64,000 nt of DNA from Ostreococcus lucimarinus (taxonomy: Eukaryota): NCBI GenBank assembly GCA_000092065.1, contig CP000584.1; one strand, written 5' to 3'. The notes beneath the pieces are model-generated. The model was not told where the DNA came from. It did no database searches and saw only the letters and a list, made by a program, of their open reading frames with translations. Positions within the stretch are counted from its first letter, which is position 1. Each line of letters begins with the position of its first letter. This document shows, piece after piece, positions 59,278-64,000 of this stretch. A program made the position numbers and the translations under genes.

Positions 59278-60237
59278 ATGGCCATGCTCGCCACGTCCCG
59301 CGCGTACGCTCTCGCGCACGCTCGCCCTCGCCTCGCCTCGCCGTACCGTCATCGCGCGTCGTCGTCGCACCGCGCGGTCGCGGTCGAATCGACGTCGACG
59401 ACGGCGAGCGATCTCGGCGCGCTCGGTGACGGACGATTCTCCAAGCTCCTCGGCGCGCTGGACGTCGCGGAATTGACGTCCGTGATCGCAGGAAGCGACG
59501 AAGCGCTGACGGTGTTCGCGCCGACGGACGAGGCGTTCGAGCGGTGCGCGCGGGACAGGGCGCTGGCGTTCGAGGAACTCGCCGAACGCGAAAACTTGGA
59601 CGAGATATTGAAGTATCACGTCGTGAGCGGCGCGGTGAAGTCGAGCGATTTGAAGAGTGGACAAGTGAAGACGCTGAATGGACGCTCTGTGAAGGTTGAC
59701 GTCGCTGGGGGTGAGGTGAAGGTCGACGGCGTCAAGGTGACGGAGGCGGATAAGGCGGCGTTCGGGGGCAACGTCGTCGTGCACGTCGTGGACGAGGTTG
59801 TTTTTCCGGCGTTTTCGATCAACGCCAAAGTGCAAACGCCGCAAGAAATTCTTGCGTTCGAGGGATGGGCGCCGGAGGTGATTAACGGACGCGTCGCCAT
59901 GCTTGGGTTCGTGCTGGCGCTGACGGGCGAAATCGCCACGGGGGAGTCGTTCACGACGCAGGCGGCGAACAACTTTGGCGAGCTCACGCGCACGATGTTC
60001 GTGTGGAGCTTGGCGTCTCTTTTCCCGGCGTTCAGTTCGAACGAGGGGTACGAGGCGAACCCGTTCAAGATGGCTGACAGTAAGGAATGGGAATTTGTTT
60101 TCCGCGGTTGCCCGCCGTGGCTCGCGGTGAAGGATGTCTTTTCGCCCGAGGTTGAACAGCTGAACGGCCGCGCCGCCATGATTGGCTGCGCTTCGATGAT
60201 CGTTCTTGAAACGCTCCTGGGACACGCGCTCTTCTAG
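59278..60237 (+). CDS. Fasciclin (FAS1) domain fused to a two-helix chlorophyll a/b-binding-like (LIL/SEP-type) domain, plastid-targeted
   Basis: N-terminal transit-peptide-like region. FAS1 motifs (LTVFAPTDEAF, ILKYHVVSG, VKVDGVKVTEADKAAFGGNVVVHVVDEV). Then two LHC-motif helices: EVINGRVAMLGFVLALTGEIATGES and EVEQLNGRAAMIGCASMIVLE (the ExxNGRxAMxG signature). ATG at 59278. Confidence 0.7.
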   Translation: MAMLATSRAYALAHARPRLASPYRHRASSSHRAVAVESTSTTASDLGALGDGRFSKLLGALDVAELTSVIAGSDEALTVFAPTDEAFERCARDRALAFEELAERENLDEILKYHVVSGAVKSSDLKSGQVKTLNGRSVKVDVAGGEVKVDGVKVTEADKAAFGGNVVVHVVDEVVFPAFSINAKVQTPQEILAFEGWAPEVINGRVAMLGFVLALTGEIATGESFTTQAANNFGELTRTMFVWSLASLFPAFSSNEGYEANPFKMADSKEWEFVFRGCPPWLAVKDVFSPEVEQLNGRAAMIGCASMIVLETLLGHALF

Positions 60238-60364
60238 TGCGTCTTCGCGGACTCGCGCGACTTTTGTCTTTTCTTTTGTTTGGAGAGAGGCAGTGTTCGT
60301 TGGAATGTGGCGATGTTTTTTCGTTACGATCGGTAATTTTTTAGACAAATGAAGATTGTTTTAA

Positions 60365-63300
60365 TCAAAGTCGAAATCGTCGATTCTCCGCCGTCGTCTT
60401 CGAAGGCATGACTTCATCAGAGTCGGAGAAGATCGATTCGTACTCATCGTCCGAATCGCTTTCTACAATGGTCGCTTTTCTCGCTCGTGACGACCTTGGG
60501 AGCTCTAAATCAGGCGCGGCGTTGACCAACCTGTCCGAAGCGCGCGTCGCCTTGTTCCATTTGAAAGCTCGGCGAAGCGCTATGAGATGGAGACGAAGGC
60601 AACGTGCATCACTCTTTTCGTTCGATCTGTGCGAGCAGCGAAGTAGAGGAGCCATCCAGCTCCACGGCAACCAGCCAGGCTGGAGCCAATCGCTTTCGAT
60701 CGCACGCTGAAAGACGATGATCGCCGCCGCGAGCGCAGAAAGCGTTTGAGCCGACCCGGCAAGGTTTCGCCACATCGCTCGGCGCGTCTCGCTCCCGAGC
60801 ACAGAGTTAAAGGCAACGTCGGGAATTTCGCTTTCCAAGGTCAAGAATGCGGATCGAACGCGAGAAATGCCTTCGACATCATCGCTCACTCCGCTCGTCG
60901 CCCATTCGCCATCGTCAGGCCGAGAAGGCAATGCATCGACATCCTTCAAGGCTGCTTGATCCGCGCCGTATCGACGTTGCAACGAGCGCCAAAGATCACC
61001 TTCTTTTCTTCCTTTCGGATTTATGTTGTCGATCAAAACCTTAGTTTCGCTCAACGTCATAATTCCATACTCCGGCTCGACGTCATGATGCTCGTTATCC
61101 TTCGCCGCTTGCACGATGACTTCGCCCCAATTGCCCAATGCCCAGTATTTTTGTCTATGACGATCCGAGCCCAAAGGCTCCCGTCGCGGTGCGGTTTGCA
61201 GCTGGGGCACTTCGACTTCGTGCCACTTGCTTTGCCATCGCACGCGAGCTTGCGCGAGTTCTTCTTCCGTCGGCACTTTTTGTTGCTTTGTTTGCTGGGG
61301 TGCCTTTGCCTTCTTTTCCTTCTTCTCCTCGGGCTTCACCTCTTCGGCGGGCGACGCTTGCGCTTCATCAACATCCATCGGTTGGGTTTCATCCTTAGCC
61401 TTGGCTTCCTCGGCCGCTTTCGCCTCCTCGGCTGCTTTCGCTTCCTCAGCGTCACGCGCCTCACCCTTGCCATCTTCACGATCTAACCGATATTCGCTCC
61501 AAGCTTTGATGTGCTGTCTGATATCCTTCTTGGTTTCGTTGGCCAAGTTCACTCCGTTGTCAATCGAGGTTCGCAACGCGACAGAATCTAACGCTACCGT
61601 CATCAACGTCCGCAACAAAGTGACGCGAGCCTGAGGAGACAAACCATCAAAGCCGACAGCGTCGATATCGCGCGCCAGCGATCTCAATCGTCGCGCAAAG
61701 GCTCCACGGCAACCGCCTGTGTATACGGCGTCTTCGGCGGCGTTGTCGACTTTCTCCATCATGGCGTCTCGTGCGATAATCATCTCGCCCGTGGATGCTT
61801 TGTGCAACGTAGTGCCTTCGAAGGATTTGCAACAACTCACATTGGGCGCATCGTTGTTTTCCTTCTCGCGCACGCAAGTTGGGCAGAACCATTCACCTTC
61901 TGGTTCGGCGAGCAATGGAGGGTCGAGGCACTTTGCGTGGTACTCCCCATCGCAAGAATCGCACAAAAGCACAGTTCCGGCCATGACATCTAATCCGCAC
62001 ACGGAGCAGCCTTCATCCCAAGGGGTCTTCGGAAGTTCGTCGGATCCCGCCTTGGTTTGCTTGAGCGCACCTTCGACAGCCGCGATTAACTCCTTCTTTG
62101 CCTTGGCACCGTTGCCATTAGTGAGACTGGCCATGTTTGTGGCCGCTTCGAGTACGTCTGCTTTGATGAGTTCGTCCATCTCGTCTGCGTTGCTCGTCGA
62201 ATGCGCCGCTGCAGCGTACACGCCCGCGCCGAGGCGAGCGTCGAGGAGACGAATGTCCAAGCCTCTTGGATGTTGTCCCTTCACAGCAGCGCCGTCACCG
62301 CGAAGGCACACTTGGCTCATCGAATGCTGGCACGCCATGTTCCTCAGTGCACATCGAACAGCGTGAATGTGTTGCGACGATTTCGCTTCGGCAACTGCAC
62401 TCTTAGCTTTTTGTCGACGAGACTCAACGACGCGCGAAGAGGAGTCATCAGAGACGCCAGAGCCCAGTGCGTACATCTCAATCTCGGCTGCCGCCAAAGC
62501 TTCGGCGTCACTCAACGCGCAAAGAGCAGGGGAGACTCGAGCGCTGTACTTTTCGACTGCATGACCATGCCAAACTGCACCTTCCGCGTATGAAAGCGGA
62601 TCGATGCCAGCATCACCTGAACACATGTAACGAGTGAAGACATCCGCGGCTTCAGGGAGAATCGGCGGGGCATCTTTCAAGTACGGCTCGTACGCGGGCA
62701 TATCGTGGATCACAGAAGCAGCGTACAAAAATCGACGCACAAGTTCTTGCCACACACCTTTCGTATCCGAGATATGCGAATGCGCATCTGGAAGGAGCTG
62801 CAATGCGCTTGCGCTGGACTTATCCACAGACGCGGCAGCGTCAGCCACGCACGGAGCGATGAGAGCCAAGTGCAAAGAAGCCATGAACTCTTCTGATTCC
62901 TTGGGATTCGACAGCACGCGCGCCAAGGCTTGAACCGTAGGGGGTGATTTCACATCGGCGGCGGATCCAAAGAGTTCACGCTTGAAGCGATCGAGAAACA
63001 TCCAAATTTCCATGATGTCGCCCAACTCTGACTTTTCTTTGAAATCTGGTTCGATCTTCAAGTTTGGCGACATCACAGGCGGCGAGTAAGTCGTATCGGC
63101 GCTATCCGATTCGCGTTCACTCATACCAACGAGCCACTCCTTCTGTTTGTTCTCGAGTTCGTTCATCATTTTGGCGCGTTCTGCATCACGCTTCTTCTTC
63201 TCCTCGGCCTCTTTCGCACGTTTTGCCTTGTTTATCTCCTTTTGCGCTTCGCGTTCGATCGCTGCCTTGGCCTTCGCCGCTTCTCGAACAACCTTCTCCG

Positions 63301-64000
63301 CTTCCCTTTGAGCTTCTTTCTGCATTTTAGCTGCTTGCTTCGCCGCTTCCTTCTCTGCTTTGGCAGCCTCCCGCAAAGAGTCGCGATGCTGCTTCATCAT
63401 GTCCGCGAGCGTTCTTTTCGCGTCCAAACGCTCCTCTCTTTGCTTCGCACGCGTCGCAGCGCTGTCAACGCGCGATATGAGACGCTCAATCAGCTTGCTA
63501 ATGGACTTCTCGACCCTGCTCTGTGCCGACTTTTCGGTCTTTTCCTTCTTCGTCATCTCGCGAATCTTGGCGAGAATTTCCTTGGAATCGCAGAGACGCG
63601 ATTTGGAGCGGCGAACTCGTTCTTCAAACCACCCCTCACGCTCTTCGACAAATTGGTACTTGGCAGCCGCGTCAGATCCTGGCAAACTTTCGATTGCACG
63701 AACGACGCGAACATCATCAAACGAAAAGTGGTCGTGGATCCCAATGGAAACCATGGGGCCGATGGTTTCGCACATCTCAAGCCAAGCACCGAGCGGAGAA
63801 GCCGAGCACACACTCACAGTAGAACCGTCTTTTTCCGTCGACACGACGAATTCAGGCGCATTATCGGAAGCTTTCGTGACTTCACTCGTAAACGTCACGC
63901 CAGAGTCGTTCTTCCAAATCGTCTTGTAACCAAGTGGCCAAATGTGCACGTCATCGTGAAACTCATCGTTATCGCCAAGAACTTGGCCGAAACTCTCCAC
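60365..64000 (-). CDS. DDT-domain / PHD-finger chromatin protein (BAZ/RLT-like), 5'-truncated by window edge
   Basis: The ORF runs off the window end, so the N-terminus is outside. PHD finger (CSVCGLDVMAGTVLLCDSCDGEYHAKCLDPPLLAEPEGEWFCPTC), a DDT-like motif (LGDIMEIWMFLDRFKRELF), a Lys/Glu-rich coiled-coil region (KEAAKQAAKMQKEAQREAEK...) and WHIM-like C-terminal helices. Introns are not excluded. Confidence 0.55.
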   Translation of the reverse strand: MESFGQVLGDNDEFHDDVHIWPLGYKTIWKNDSGVTFTSEVTKASDNAPEFVVSTEKDGSTVSVCSASPLGAWLEMCETIGPMVSIGIHDHFSFDDVRVVRAIESLPGSDAAAKYQFVEEREGWFEERVRRSKSRLCDSKEILAKIREMTKKEKTEKSAQSRVEKSISKLIERLISRVDSAATRAKQREERLDAKRTLADMMKQHRDSLREAAKAEKEAAKQAAKMQKEAQREAEKVVREAAKAKAAIEREAQKEINKAKRAKEAEEKKKRDAERAKMMNELENKQKEWLVGMSERESDSADTTYSPPVMSPNLKIEPDFKEKSELGDIMEIWMFLDRFKRELFGSAADVKSPPTVQALARVLSNPKESEEFMASLHLALIAPCVADAAASVDKSSASALQLLPDAHSHISDTKGVWQELVRRFLYAASVIHDMPAYEPYLKDAPPILPEAADVFTRYMCSGDAGIDPLSYAEGAVWHGHAVEKYSARVSPALCALSDAEALAAAEIEMYALGSGVSDDSSSRVVESRRQKAKSAVAEAKSSQHIHAVRCALRNMACQHSMSQVCLRGDGAAVKGQHPRGLDIRLLDARLGAGVYAAAAHSTSNADEMDELIKADVLEAATNMASLTNGNGAKAKKELIAAVEGALKQTKAGSDELPKTPWDEGCSVCGLDVMAGTVLLCDSCDGEYHAKCLDPPLLAEPEGEWFCPTCVREKENNDAPNVSCCKSFEGTTLHKASTGEMIIARDAMMEKVDNAAEDAVYTGGCRGAFARRLRSLARDIDAVGFDGLSPQARVTLLRTLMTVALDSVALRTSIDNGVNLANETKKDIRQHIKAWSEYRLDREDGKGEARDAEEAKAAEEAKAAEEAKAKDETQPMDVDEAQASPAEEVKPEEKKEKKAKAPQQTKQQKVPTEEELAQARVRWQSKWHEVEVPQLQTAPRREPLGSDRHRQKYWALGNWGEVIVQAAKDNEHHDVEPEYGIMTLSETKVLIDNINPKGRKEGDLWRSLQRRYGADQAALKDVDALPSRPDDGEWATSGVSDDVEGISRVRSAFLTLESEIPDVAFNSVLGSETRRAMWRNLAGSAQTLSALAAAIIVFQRAIESDWLQPGWLPWSWMAPLLRCSHRSNEKSDARCLRLHLIALRRAFKWNKATRASDRLVNAAPDLELPRSSRARKATIVESDSDDEYESIFSDSDEVMPSKTTAENRRFRL

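Overview
This window is a gene-dense nuclear chromosome segment from a GC-rich (about 64%) eukaryote, most consistent with a Mamiellophyceae green picoalga (Micromonas-like). The evidence is the green-lineage gene content (PsaF precursor with a bipartite presequence, an LHC-like helix protein, organellar SerRS and threonine synthase with transit peptides), a gene roughly every 1.3-1.5 kb, intergenic spacers of 20-600 bp, mostly single-exon genes, and a few short introns (85-500 bp) with GTRCGY or GTGAGT donors that often follow a very short first exon. It is not prokaryotic and not a low-GC outlier chromosome.

I call about 45 protein-coding genes. The firmly identified ones are cactin, SPPL2-type presenilin-family protease, galactokinase, a bZIP factor, threonine synthase, eRF3, an RCC1-repeat protein, an MFS transporter, coatomer alpha (4 exons), SWEET, CMC2, PPCDC, SerRS, UPF2, cytosolic LeuRS, PRP38, a DYRK kinase, NAA20, a YigZ/IMPACT protein, a BRCT-repeat protein, a TRAF-type zinc-finger protein, DCAF7/TTG1 (2 exons), GH5 mannanase, KDO8P synthase, an EF-hand protein, RPL9, RBM19/Mrd1, NAA40, PsaF (2 exons), Rab7 (2 exons), a FAS1+CAB fusion and a partial DDT-PHD chromatin protein.

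The six-frame track uses GTG/TTG as alternative starts and GC-rich DNA gives many long spurious antisense ORFs; real ATG starts were recomputed from ORF coordinates. Splice junctions were inferred by eye and may be off by a few nucleotides.

I found no single self-contained novel system. The most interesting candidates are a CMC2-PPCDC pair separated by only 11 nt (possible bicistronic mRNA), a fasciclin plus two-helix LHC-like fusion protein, a tandem pair of Lys/Ala/Pro/Thr-rich paralogs sharing a conserved mini first exon, a coding 27-bp minisatellite in eRF3, and divergent gene pairs whose start codons lie only 18-100 bp apart.
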